A stretch of 64,000 bases of DNA, from NCBI GenBank assembly GCA_035691085.1, contig DASSJS010000264.1:375-64374 (forward strand), written 5' to 3'. Below are positions 25,075-33,592 of the stretch, piece by piece. The DNA comes from Longimicrobium sp. (GTDB taxonomy: Bacteria > Gemmatimonadota > Gemmatimonadetes > Longimicrobiales > Longimicrobiaceae). Within the stretch, counting starts at the first letter, position 1. Every line of letters starts with the position of its first letter. Below the pieces are notes generated by a model. The model worked only from the letters and a program-made list of their open reading frames with translations. It was not told where the DNA came from and made no database searches. Both the position numbers and the translations under genes were made by a program.

Positions 25075-27474
25075 TCAATCGGCACGCAGGGCGGTCATGG
25101 GGTCGGCGGCGGTGGCGCGGCGGACGGGGGCCCAGCTGGCGGCCAGGGCCACCAGGGCCAGCACCAGCGGCGTGCCCAGCAGCACCGCGGGGTCGGTGGG
25201 CGCCACGCCGTACAGGAACGCGCGCACGGCACGCCCCGCCAGCAGCGCCAGCACCACGCCCACCACCATCCCGACGCCCACCACGCGCAGCGTGCCGGCG
25301 ATCACGTAGCCGATCAGCATTCGCCGCCCCGCGCCCAGCGCCGCGCGGATGCCGATCTCGCGCGTCCGCTGGCTCACCGTGTACGACACCACGCCGTAGA
25401 TCCCCACCGCCGCCAGCAGCAGCGCCAGCGACCCGAACCCGCCCAGCAGCCACGCGCCGATCCGGGCCGGGAGGAGCGCCACGCGCAGCTGCTGCCGCAT
25501 CGGCCGGGCCGCCTCGAACGGGAGCACGGGGTCCAGCGCGCGCGCCGCCCGCGCCACCGGCCGAACCAGCGCGGCGGGGTCGCCCGCGGCACGCACGTGC
25601 AGCACCATCTCGCTGACGTAGTTCTGGCCGAAGGGGACGTAGAGCATGGCGCGCGGCTCTTCGCCCAGGCTCACGTACTTGGCGTCGCGCACCACGGCCA
25701 CGATGGTCAGGAACGGCCCCTGTGCCCCGTTCGTGCTCACGCGCCGGCCCAGGGCGTCGCCGTTCGGGAAGTTGCGGCGGGCGAAGGTCTGGTTGACGAT
25801 GGCCACGGGGGGCGCCTGGGCCCGGTCGCCCGCGCCGAACTCGCGGCCGCGCAGCACGGGGATGCCGAGGGTGCGGAAGTAGCCGGCACTCACCACGTCG
25901 AAGTTGCTGACGCGCCGGGCCGCGTCGTCGCCCTCGCCCTCGAGGGTGAAGCGCGTTTCCATGTTGTCGCCCTGCAGCGGCATCACCTGCTGCAGCGAGG
26001 CCGAGCGCACGCCGGGGATCCGCCCCACGCCCTCCAGCAGCCGCCGGTAGAACTCGGGGCCGGTGCGCTCGTCGTACCTGCCGAGGCGGAGGTCGACCGG
26101 CATCACCAGCAGCGGCGCGGGGTCGAAGCCGGGGTCGATGCGGCTGGCGTTGCCCAGCGAGCGCAGGAAGAGCGCGGAGCCGGCGAGCAGAACCGTGCAG
26201 AGCGCCACCTGCGCCCCCACCAGCAGGGCGCGCAGCCGCGACCGCCGCGGCGCCGTGGTGTCTTCCTTGAGCGCGGTGAGCACGTCGGGGCGCGAGGCGC
26301 GGAACGCCGGCGCCAGGCCGAACACGATCCCCGCGAAGAGCGACGCGGCCACCGTGAAGCCCAGCACCCGCCCGTCCAACGACAGGTCCAGGTTCACCGG
26401 CGTTCCGGCGGGGACCGCGGTCATGGCCAGCGCCAGCAGCCACGAGGAAAGGAGGAGCCCCAGCGTGCCGCCGGCCAGCGCCAGCAGCACGCTCTCGGTG
26501 AGCAGCTGCCGCACCAGCCGCCAGCGCGACGCGCCCACCGCCAGCCGGATCCCGATCTCGCGCCGCCGCGCGGCCGCCCGGGCCAGCAGCAGGTTGGCCA
26601 CGTTGGTGCAGGCGATCAGCAGCACCAGCAGCGTCACCACCTGCAGCGCGCCCACGATGGCCGCGGCGCCGCCGCGCAACTCCTGCGTGAGCCCGCGCGC
26701 GTGCCCCACCCACAGCCGCACGGGGTCGCGGCGCGCGGGGTCCTGCCGGGTCAGCTCGGCGGCCAGCACGCGCGCGTCGGCGTTGGCCTGGCCCAGCCCG
26801 ATGCCCCGGTTCAGCCGCCCCGCCACGTACACGCTTCCCGCGTCGCGCACGTCCACGCCGGTCAGCGGCCGCATCTCGGCCATGGGCGCCCACAGCTGGG
26901 GCGCGAAGCCGGGGAAGGCGTTGGCGAAGCCCTCGCGCGCCACGCCGGCCACGGTGTAGGCGCGGCCGTTCAGCCGGATGGTGCGCCCCACGATGGCCGA
27001 GTCGCCGCCGAAACGGTCGCGCCAGTAGCGGTGGCTGAGCACCACCACGGGGCTGGCGCCGGGGATGGAATCGTCGGCCGGCGCGATCAGCCGGCCCAGC
27101 GCGGCGGTGACGCCCAGGGCGGGGAAGTAGCTCCCCGAGACCAGCTCGGCCTGCACCTTCTCGTTCCCCGCGCGCGTCTCCAGCGCGAGCACGGCGTTGC
27201 GCTCGGCCCACATGCTGCCGAACGAGCGGCTGTGCTGGCGCACGAAGTCGAACTCGCGCCACGCGAGCGGCGAGTGGTCGTTGCGGTACACGCGGGCGAT
27301 GCGCCCCGGGTCGCGCGCCTCGGGCGGGCGCAGCAGCACCGCGTTGGCGACGCTGAACACCGCCGTGTTCACGCCGATCCCCAGCGCCAGCGTGAGCACC
27401 GCCGTGAGCGCGAACCCCGGCGCGCGCGCGAACGCGCGCAGGGCGTAGCGAAGGTCGTTCAGGAGCGAATCCAT
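25075..27474 (-). CDS. ADOP-family duplicated FtsX/MacB-type ABC permease (800 aa)
   Basis: Internal ATG (MDSLLNDLRYALRAFARAPGFALTAVLTLALGIG) of ORF 25075..27756, confirmed in frame. Two FtsX-like modules. Confidence 0.85.
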   Translation of the reverse strand: MDSLLNDLRYALRAFARAPGFALTAVLTLALGIGVNTAVFSVANAVLLRPPEARDPGRIARVYRNDHSPLAWREFDFVRQHSRSFGSMWAERNAVLALETRAGNEKVQAELVSGSYFPALGVTAALGRLIAPADDSIPGASPVVVLSHRYWRDRFGGDSAIVGRTIRLNGRAYTVAGVAREGFANAFPGFAPQLWAPMAEMRPLTGVDVRDAGSVYVAGRLNRGIGLGQANADARVLAAELTRQDPARRDPVRLWVGHARGLTQELRGGAAAIVGALQVVTLLVLLIACTNVANLLLARAAARRREIGIRLAVGASRWRLVRQLLTESVLLALAGGTLGLLLSSWLLALAMTAVPAGTPVNLDLSLDGRVLGFTVAASLFAGIVFGLAPAFRASRPDVLTALKEDTTAPRRSRLRALLVGAQVALCTVLLAGSALFLRSLGNASRIDPGFDPAPLLVMPVDLRLGRYDERTGPEFYRRLLEGVGRIPGVRSASLQQVMPLQGDNMETRFTLEGEGDDAARRVSNFDVVSAGYFRTLGIPVLRGREFGAGDRAQAPPVAIVNQTFARRNFPNGDALGRRVSTNGAQGPFLTIVAVVRDAKYVSLGEEPRAMLYVPFGQNYVSEMVLHVRAAGDPAALVRPVARAARALDPVLPFEAARPMRQQLRVALLPARIGAWLLGGFGSLALLLAAVGIYGVVSYTVSQRTREIGIRAALGAGRRMLIGYVIAGTLRVVGVGMVVGVVLALLAGRAVRAFLYGVAPTDPAVLLGTPLVLALVALAASWAPVRRATAADPMTALRAD

Positions 27475-27663
27475 GCGGCTCCGGTTGTGCAGAGGGCGAG
27501 TCGCAGCCGGCACGAGCCGACGCAACGTATGATTGTGTAAGAGCCTACCTGTCATCCCGCGGCCCGGCTGCCCGTCCTTGCGGCATGCGGACGCCTCCGC
27601 GGGCTCGAAGGATTCCGCCGCCGGCCGATGCGTCACACCGGCCGGAGCGCGCCGTCGGCGATA

Positions 27664-27728
27664 GATCCTTCGCCGCGCCCCGCCATCCGTGCGGACGCGG
27701 TTCCGGCGCGGACGCTCCTCAGGATGAC
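27664..27728 (-). repeat. REP-D repeat
   Basis: gatccttcgccgcgcc...gacgctcctcaggatgac. Confidence 0.65.
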
Positions 27729-27864
27729 ATCGTCCGGTCGTGTTTCGGTAACGCACTGCGCATGCTGATGCCGCGCAAGGGCTTCCCGTCTCATCCCGAG
27801 TCTTCCGCCGCGCTGCGCGCGGCCACGGAGGACGAACGTGGTCACACGAGGTTCAGGCTGTTGG

Positions 27865-27922
27865 AGCCTCGCGCGGTTTGCGAGGCTTTTCGTCGTTGTT
27901 GCCGCGGCTTCAGCCGCCGGTG
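27865..27922 (-). repeat. REP-A copy (reverse orientation)
   Basis: agcctcgcgcggtttgcgaggcttttcgtcgttgttgccgcggcttcagccgccggtg, between the two permease genes. Confidence 0.85.
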
Positions 27923-27948
27923 CACAAGGCCTGGCGGCGACTGGGGTG

Positions 27949-30357
27949 TTACTCCATGCGCAGCGCGGTCATCGGCTCCACGCGGGCGGCACGGCGGGCG
28001 GGGATGTACGCGGCGGCCAGCGCCACGGCCGAGAGGAGCGCGGCGATGGCCAGGAAGGTGGCCGGGTTGCTGGCCGACACGCCGTACAGCGCGCCGCGCA
28101 GCACCTGCGCCAGCGCGAACGCCGCCGGGATGCCGATGGCCAGGCCGATGGCGATCAGCCGGGCGCCGCGGCGCACCATCAGCCGGATCACCCCGGCCGG
28201 CGGCGCGCCCAGGGCGATGCGCACCCCCACCTCGTGCGTGCGCTGCGCCACCGTGTAGCTCATCACCCCGTACAGCCCCACGCTGGCCAGCAGCAGCGCC
28301 ACCAGCGCGAACACCGCGAACATCGACCCGTACACGCGCGACTCGAACATCCGCAGCCGCACCACCTCGGCCATCCCCTGCACGCGGGTGAGCGGCAGGT
28401 CGGGGTCCAGCGCGCGCACCGCCTGGCGCACCGCGGGGGCCAGCGCCGCCGGCTCGCCCGCGGTGCGCACCACGATCGAAAGGGTGCGCCACGGCTGCTG
28501 CGCGTGCGCCAGGTACAGCTGCGGCAGGTCCGGGTCGTTCAGCTTGTGGTACTTGGTCTCGCGCGCCACGCCCACCACCGTGAACCAGGTGGTGTCGGCG
28601 GCGCCGAAGCGGAAGCGCTTCCCCAGCGCGCTCTGCCCCGGCCACGTGCGCTCGGCCATGACGCGGTTGACGATGGCCACCCGCGGCACGCCCTCGCGGT
28701 CGGCGCCGTTGAACTCGCGCCCCGCCAGCAGGGGGATGCCCAGCGTGGCGAAGTAGCCGGGCGTGGCCGCGCTGGTCAGCGCCTCGGGGGCGCTGCCGGC
28801 GGGATAGTCGCGCCCCTCGGCGAAGAAGGTGCTGCTGCTGCAGCAGTCCGCCACGGGGAGGCTGGAGATGGCGGCCGCGCCCTTCACCCCCGGCAGCGCG
28901 CGGATGCGCTCCAGCATCTGCCCGTACCCCAGGGTGACCGCGGAGCCGGCGGGGTAGCGCGGGCCCTGCAGCGAGGTCTGCAGCGTGAGCACGTTCCCGG
29001 CGCGGAAGCCGGGGCTCGCCGTGTGCAGCCGCATGAACGAGCGGATCATCAGCGTGGCGCCCACCAGGAGGACCAGGGAGAGCGCCAGCTGCACCACCAC
29101 CAGCCCGGCCTGCAGCCGCCCCGAGCGCACGCCGGTGGTGCCGCGCCCGCCGTCCTTCAGCTCGCTCACCAGGTCCAGCCGCGAGGCGCGCAGCGCGGGG
29201 ACCAGGCCGAACGCCAGCGCGCTGGCCGCGGCGATCCCCAGCGTCATGGCCAGCACGCGGCCGTCCACGTTGAACACCATCCAGAACGGGAGGTCGGCGG
29301 GGAGGCTGGCGGTGAGCGCGTCCATCCCCCAGGTGCCCAGCAGCGCGCCCAGGATGCCGCCCAAGAGCGCGATCAGCAGGCTCTCGGTGAGCAGCTGGCG
29401 GATCACCCGGCCGCGCCCGGCGCCCACGGCCAGCCGCACGGCGATCTCGCGCCGGCGGGTGGTGCCGCGCGCCAGCAGCAGGTTGGCCACGTTGGCGCAG
29501 GCGATCAGCAGCACGAAGCTCACGGCGCCGAGCATGATCAGCATCATCGGCCGCACCTGGCTCGAGAAGATCTCGCGGTACGGCTGCACGCCGCCGCCGC
29601 GCCGCGCGTCGTCCTGCGGGTAGCGTTCGGCCAGCTGGCTCGCCCGGGCGGCGGCGCGCGCGCCGGCCTGCCGCACGGTCACGCCCGGCGCCAGCCGGCC
29701 GATCACGTTGAAGTTGCGGTAGCCGCGCGCGTCGGCGCCGGTGGGCGGGTCGATGGGGAGCCAGAGGCGGGCCGTCTCGGGGAACTGGATGCGGGGCTGC
29801 ATCACCCCCACCACGGTGTACGGCTCGCCGTCGAGGCTCACCGTGCTCCCCAGCACCCGCCGGTCGCCGCCGAAGCGGCTCTGCCACAGGTCGTGCGAGA
29901 GGACCACCACCCTCCCCCCGCGGTCCTCCGCGGGAACGAAGCCGCGCCCCAGCGCCATCCTCACGCCCAGCACGGGGAAGAGCGACGCGGTCACCCGCGC
30001 GGCCTGCAGCCGCTGCGGCTCGTCGATCCCGCCCAGGTTCACCATGGCGTTGGTGTACGCCGCCGTGGCGGTCAGCGCGCCGTCCAGGTTCCCCCAGTCC
30101 TCGAAATCGGGATACGACAGGCTCTCGTGCCCGAAGCGCGTGTCGCCAGCCGCGTCGGGGGCAACGCTGTACAGCGCCATCAGCCGGTCGGGGTCGGCGA
30201 AGGGGAGGGGGCGCAGCAGCAGCGTGTTGACCGCGGTGAGCACCGTGGTGTTGGCGCCGATCCCCAGCGCCAGGCACACCACGGCGATCAGCGTGAACGC
30301 CGGGTCGCGCGCCAGGCGGCGGGCGCCGTAGCGAAGGTCCTGCAGCAGCAGGTCCAT
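27949..30357 (-). CDS. ADOP-family duplicated FtsX/MacB-type ABC permease (802 aa), paralog of 25075..27474
   Basis: Internal ATG (MDLLLQDLRYGARRLARDPAFTLIAVVCLALGIG) of ORF 27949..30492. The start overlaps the ATPase stop (TGATG). Confidence 0.85.
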   Translation of the reverse strand: MDLLLQDLRYGARRLARDPAFTLIAVVCLALGIGANTTVLTAVNTLLLRPLPFADPDRLMALYSVAPDAAGDTRFGHESLSYPDFEDWGNLDGALTATAAYTNAMVNLGGIDEPQRLQAARVTASLFPVLGVRMALGRGFVPAEDRGGRVVVLSHDLWQSRFGGDRRVLGSTVSLDGEPYTVVGVMQPRIQFPETARLWLPIDPPTGADARGYRNFNVIGRLAPGVTVRQAGARAAARASQLAERYPQDDARRGGGVQPYREIFSSQVRPMMLIMLGAVSFVLLIACANVANLLLARGTTRRREIAVRLAVGAGRGRVIRQLLTESLLIALLGGILGALLGTWGMDALTASLPADLPFWMVFNVDGRVLAMTLGIAAASALAFGLVPALRASRLDLVSELKDGGRGTTGVRSGRLQAGLVVVQLALSLVLLVGATLMIRSFMRLHTASPGFRAGNVLTLQTSLQGPRYPAGSAVTLGYGQMLERIRALPGVKGAAAISSLPVADCCSSSTFFAEGRDYPAGSAPEALTSAATPGYFATLGIPLLAGREFNGADREGVPRVAIVNRVMAERTWPGQSALGKRFRFGAADTTWFTVVGVARETKYHKLNDPDLPQLYLAHAQQPWRTLSIVVRTAGEPAALAPAVRQAVRALDPDLPLTRVQGMAEVVRLRMFESRVYGSMFAVFALVALLLASVGLYGVMSYTVAQRTHEVGVRIALGAPPAGVIRLMVRRGARLIAIGLAIGIPAAFALAQVLRGALYGVSASNPATFLAIAALLSAVALAAAYIPARRAARVEPMTALRME

Positions 30358-31094
30358 CACGCCACCTCGAAGCCGCTGCGCTCCAGCGCGGCCGCCAGCG
30401 GGCTGCGCTCGTCGCGCACCACGCGCCCGTCGAACAGGTGGATGGTGCGCGCGGCGTGCTCGGCGTAGCGCGGGTCGTGGGTGACCATGCAAATGGTGGC
30501 GCCCTCGCGGTGGAGCCCGGCCAGCAGGTCCATCACCGCCTCGCCGTTGGTGGAGTCGAGGTTCCCGGTGGGCTCGTCGGCCAGCAGGATCGACGGCTTG
30601 CCGGCGATGGCGCGGGCCACGGCCACGCGCTGCTGCTGGCCGCCGGAGAGCTGGCTGGGGTAGTGCCGCATGCGGTGGCTCATCCCTACCTTTTCCAGCG
30701 CCTCGGCCACGCGCTGCCGGCGCTCGGCCGCCGGCATCCCGCGGTAGGTGAGCGGCAGCTCCACGTTCTCGGCCACGGTGGCGTCGCCGATCAGGTTGAA
30801 GGCCTGGAACACGAAGCCGATCTCGCGGTTGCGGATGCGCGCGCGCTCGGCGGCGCTCAGGCGCGACACGTCGTTGCCGTTCAGGTGGTAGGTGCCGCTG
30901 GTGACCGAGTCGAGCAGCCCCAGCAGCGACAGGAGCGTGGTCTTGCCGCTGCCGCTGGGCCCGGCGATGGCCAGGTAGTCGCCGCGCGCCACCTCCAGGT
31001 GCACCTCCTCCAGCGCGTGGGTCTCCATCTCGTCGGTGTAGAACACCTTCTTCACGCCGTCCAGGCGGATCACGGGCGAGTTCTGGGTGGACAT
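30357..31094 (-). CDS. ABC transporter ATP-binding protein (MacB/LolD-type)
   Basis: Internal ATG (MSTQNSPVIRLDGVKKVF) of ORF 30357..32402. Walker A GPSGSGKTT, signature LSGGQQQRVAVARA, Walker B ILLADEPTGNLD. Confidence 0.9.
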   Translation of the reverse strand: MSTQNSPVIRLDGVKKVFYTDEMETHALEEVHLEVARGDYLAIAGPSGSGKTTLLSLLGLLDSVTSGTYHLNGNDVSRLSAAERARIRNREIGFVFQAFNLIGDATVAENVELPLTYRGMPAAERRQRVAEALEKVGMSHRMRHYPSQLSGGQQQRVAVARAIAGKPSILLADEPTGNLDSTNGEAVMDLLAGLHREGATICMVTHDPRYAEHAARTIHLFDGRVVRDERSPLAAALERSGFEVA

Positions 31095-31195
31095 CTGCGG
31101 GTCTCCCTGGGGATGAAGGGCTCGCGCCCGGGTGGGTTTCACGTTGCTGGTTGATGAACCGCGGTCCGTCTCGAGGCTTCGATTCGCAACCTCGT

Positions 31196-31268
31196 CTGCC
31201 GTTCCCCCCTCCCCCCGCGCAGCGGGGGGAGGGGCCGGGGGAGGGGGGCTCGCCGCGGCATGCGCCTG
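31196..31268 (+). repeat. REP-B GC-rich palindromic repeat
   Basis: ccgttcccccctccccccgcgcagcggggggaggggccgggggaggggggctcgccgcggcatgcgcc, between the adaptor and ATPase genes. Confidence 0.8.
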
Positions 31269-31294
31269 GGTCGGCTCCCCGCGCCGTATCGAAC

Positions 31295-32539
31295 CTACTT
31301 CAGCCGCACGCGCGGGTACTGCTCGTACTGCGACATGTCGGAGAGGATCAGGATGTCGCCGGGGCGGGCGCCGCCGCGGATCTCGATGCTGTTGGCGCTG
31401 CCGCGGCCCAGCGTGACGCGCACGCGCTCGGCCTCGCGGCCGCCCGGAAGGACGCGGAACATGGCCAGCGTTCCCTCGGCCTGGCCGTACGCCGGCCGGC
31501 CCACGTAGGTCACGTCGCGCAGCCGCTCGATCTCGATCGTCCCGTCCACGCTCAGGTCGGGCCGGGCGCCCCGCGGGAGCGCCCCCTCCAGCGCCACGTC
31601 CACCGTCACCGTGCCGTTCTGCGCCGCCGGGTCGATGCGCACCACGCGGCCGGCCACGACGCCGTTGCGCGTGTCCACCTGCGCGGGCTGGCCCAGGGTG
31701 ATGTCGCGCGCCTGCGTCTCGGCGATGCGCAGCACGGCCTTCAGGCGCCCGGGCTGAACCACCTTGGCGAGCGTGGCGCCGCTCTGCACCCACTGGCCGA
31801 GCTCGACGGGAAGCTCCTGCAGCACGCCGTCCTGCGGCGAGCGCACCTGCATCGACGCGATCTGCTGCTGGCTGAACGCGGCCAGGCGGCGGAGCATCTC
31901 CACCTGGCTCTGCTGCGCGGACAGCTGCTGCTGCAGCGAGCCGCGCTGCTGCCGGAGCCGCTCCTGCTCCACGGAAAGGCGCGTCTGCAGGTCGCTCGCG
32001 TTGTCGCGGGCGCGCTCCAGCTCCTGCCGCGAGATCAGCTCGCGCTGCGCCAGGCCGTCGGCGGAGCGCGCCTGGCGGGCGGCCTCGTTGTACTGCGCCT
32101 GCACCTGCGACGCGTTGGACTGCTGCGCCAGGATCTGCCCCTGCAGGGTGGCGCGCAGCGTGGTCAGGTCGGCCTCGGCCGAGCGGAGCTGGCGCTCGGC
32201 CTCCAGCGCGTTGCGTTCGACGTCGGGGTTGCTGAGGACGAGCAGGACCGTGCCGGCCTTCACCTCGGTGCCGGGCTCCACCAGCTTCCGCTCCACGCGC
32301 CCCTGCGTGACCGCGCTGATCCAGCGGATGTCCTGCGACACCAGCGTTCCCGGCCCGCGCACCTGCCGCAGCATCTCGCCGCGCCGCACGGTGTCGGTCC
32401 ACACGGCGCCCGACTCCACGGCCGGCGCCGCGGGGCCCACGCGGGCCAGGGCGACGGTGGCCACGCCCAGCACCCCCACGCCGGCGGCCACGTAGATCCA
32501 GCGCCGCGGCTTGCGCCGGTCAGTGCGCGGGATGTCCAT
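31295..32539 (-). CDS. Efflux periplasmic adaptor subunit (HlyD/MacA family)
   Basis: 414-aa ORF with an N-terminal TM anchor, a biotinyl-lipoyl-like hairpin (VKAGTVLLVLSNPD), a long coiled coil and a beta-barrel C-terminus. Confidence 0.85.
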   Translation of the reverse strand: MDIPRTDRRKPRRWIYVAAGVGVLGVATVALARVGPAAPAVESGAVWTDTVRRGEMLRQVRGPGTLVSQDIRWISAVTQGRVERKLVEPGTEVKAGTVLLVLSNPDVERNALEAERQLRSAEADLTTLRATLQGQILAQQSNASQVQAQYNEAARQARSADGLAQRELISRQELERARDNASDLQTRLSVEQERLRQQRGSLQQQLSAQQSQVEMLRRLAAFSQQQIASMQVRSPQDGVLQELPVELGQWVQSGATLAKVVQPGRLKAVLRIAETQARDITLGQPAQVDTRNGVVAGRVVRIDPAAQNGTVTVDVALEGALPRGARPDLSVDGTIEIERLRDVTYVGRPAYGQAEGTLAMFRVLPGGREAERVRVTLGRGSANSIEIRGGARPGDILILSDMSQYEQYPRVRLK

Positions 32540-32882
32540 CGTGCCCTCCCGTGGCTGGATGTGCGTGCGTGGGGACCTGGCGCGGCGCGTCGTGCTGTGT
32601 GGAGGCGAACGCCAGGGCGGCGGCGGGGCAGGGAAGCGTGCCGCGCGCGGCGGCGATGCGGTCGACGCGCGCCGCGAGCGCCGCCATCGCGCGCTCCATC
32701 CGGGCCAGCCGCGCTTCGGCCGCGTCGGAGGGGCAAGGCGCCCGGCCCGCGGCGCGCGCCTCGGCGACGGCTTCCACGAGCGGCACCAGGCCGAAGCGCG
32801 CCGTGAACGCCAGCAGCGGCAGCGCCACGATGCTGCTCCCCAGCCAGACGGCCGCGATCAGGGGGATGTCGAGGGTGTGCAT
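32520..32882 (-). CDS. Small membrane protein at the head of the efflux operon
   Basis: Internal ATG (MHTLDIPLIAAVWLGSSIVALPLLAFTARFGLVPLV) of ORF 32520..32942. It overlaps the adaptor start by 20 nt. No family recognised. Confidence 0.4.
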   Translation of the reverse strand: MHTLDIPLIAAVWLGSSIVALPLLAFTARFGLVPLVEAVAEARAAGRAPCPSDAAEARLARMERAMAALAARVDRIAAARGTLPCPAAALAFASTQHDAPRQVPTHAHPATGGHDGHPAH

Positions 32883-33179
32883 GGTTCCTTCGCGATGTGC
32901 CGTGCGGCGGTGGGATGTGCGCCGCGAACGGGTCTCATCCAAAGGAAGGAGCGTGCCGTATCCCGCCGTGCATCTAAGTCGATGTGGGGATATGATTTAG
33001 ATGCGTATAGCCGAATGAAGGCGGGTGCGTGTCGTGACCGCCTGTGGGATTTCTCGTCCCATAAGCGGACACCTGCGGGAACGTCGTTCGTTGAGGGATC
33101 AGCGGGGAATGGCCGAACCCTTGCGAGCTGTCTTGGTCGGATGACGTGCGCTGACGGCTCTCACCACCAGGAGGTCGAA

Positions 33180-33338
33180 ATGGCACAGAAGGGGATCGAG
33201 AAACAGAATCCGCCCGACCAGCGCGCGCGGGGGATGAACGATGAGCACCCGGAAGGGCAGGCGAACGAGCGGAACCGCCAGCGCCAGGAAGGCGGAGCCG
33301 GTGCGGCTCCAAAGCCGAAGCCCGAGCCGGGCGGCTGA
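33180..33338 (+). CDS. Small hydrophilic protein (52 aa)
   Basis: The ATG is preceded by AGGAGG. MAQKGIEKQNPPDQRARGMNDEHPEGQANERNRQRQEGG... A strong hairpin follows. Confidence 0.5.
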   Translation: MAQKGIEKQNPPDQRARGMNDEHPEGQANERNRQRQEGGAGAAPKPKPEPGG

Positions 33339-33355
33339 TCAGCTCTGAAACAGGC

Positions 33356-33377
33356 GGGGCGCCATCGATGGCGCCCC
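33356..33377 (+). terminator. Hairpin terminator (ggggcgccatcgatggcgcccc)
   Basis: Perfect palindrome 18 nt after the stop of 33180..33338, followed by gttctgcttcc. Confidence 0.65.
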
Positions 33378-33592
33378 GTTCTGCTTCCGCGCGGTCCTTC
33401 AACGCTCGGCGAGGGGTGTCGTGGAATGAACGCCGGGCGCGCGTGGTCAAGTGAGGTGACGGATGCGCTCTCCACGCGCCGGGTGCTGTACGAGCCTGGC
33501 GCCCGGGCCGCGTAGGGTGGCGGCCACGGTGAGTGTTTCCATGACGAACGGCTCCCGTGCCGCTCTCCCTCACCCGACGCCCGAGGCCTCCC

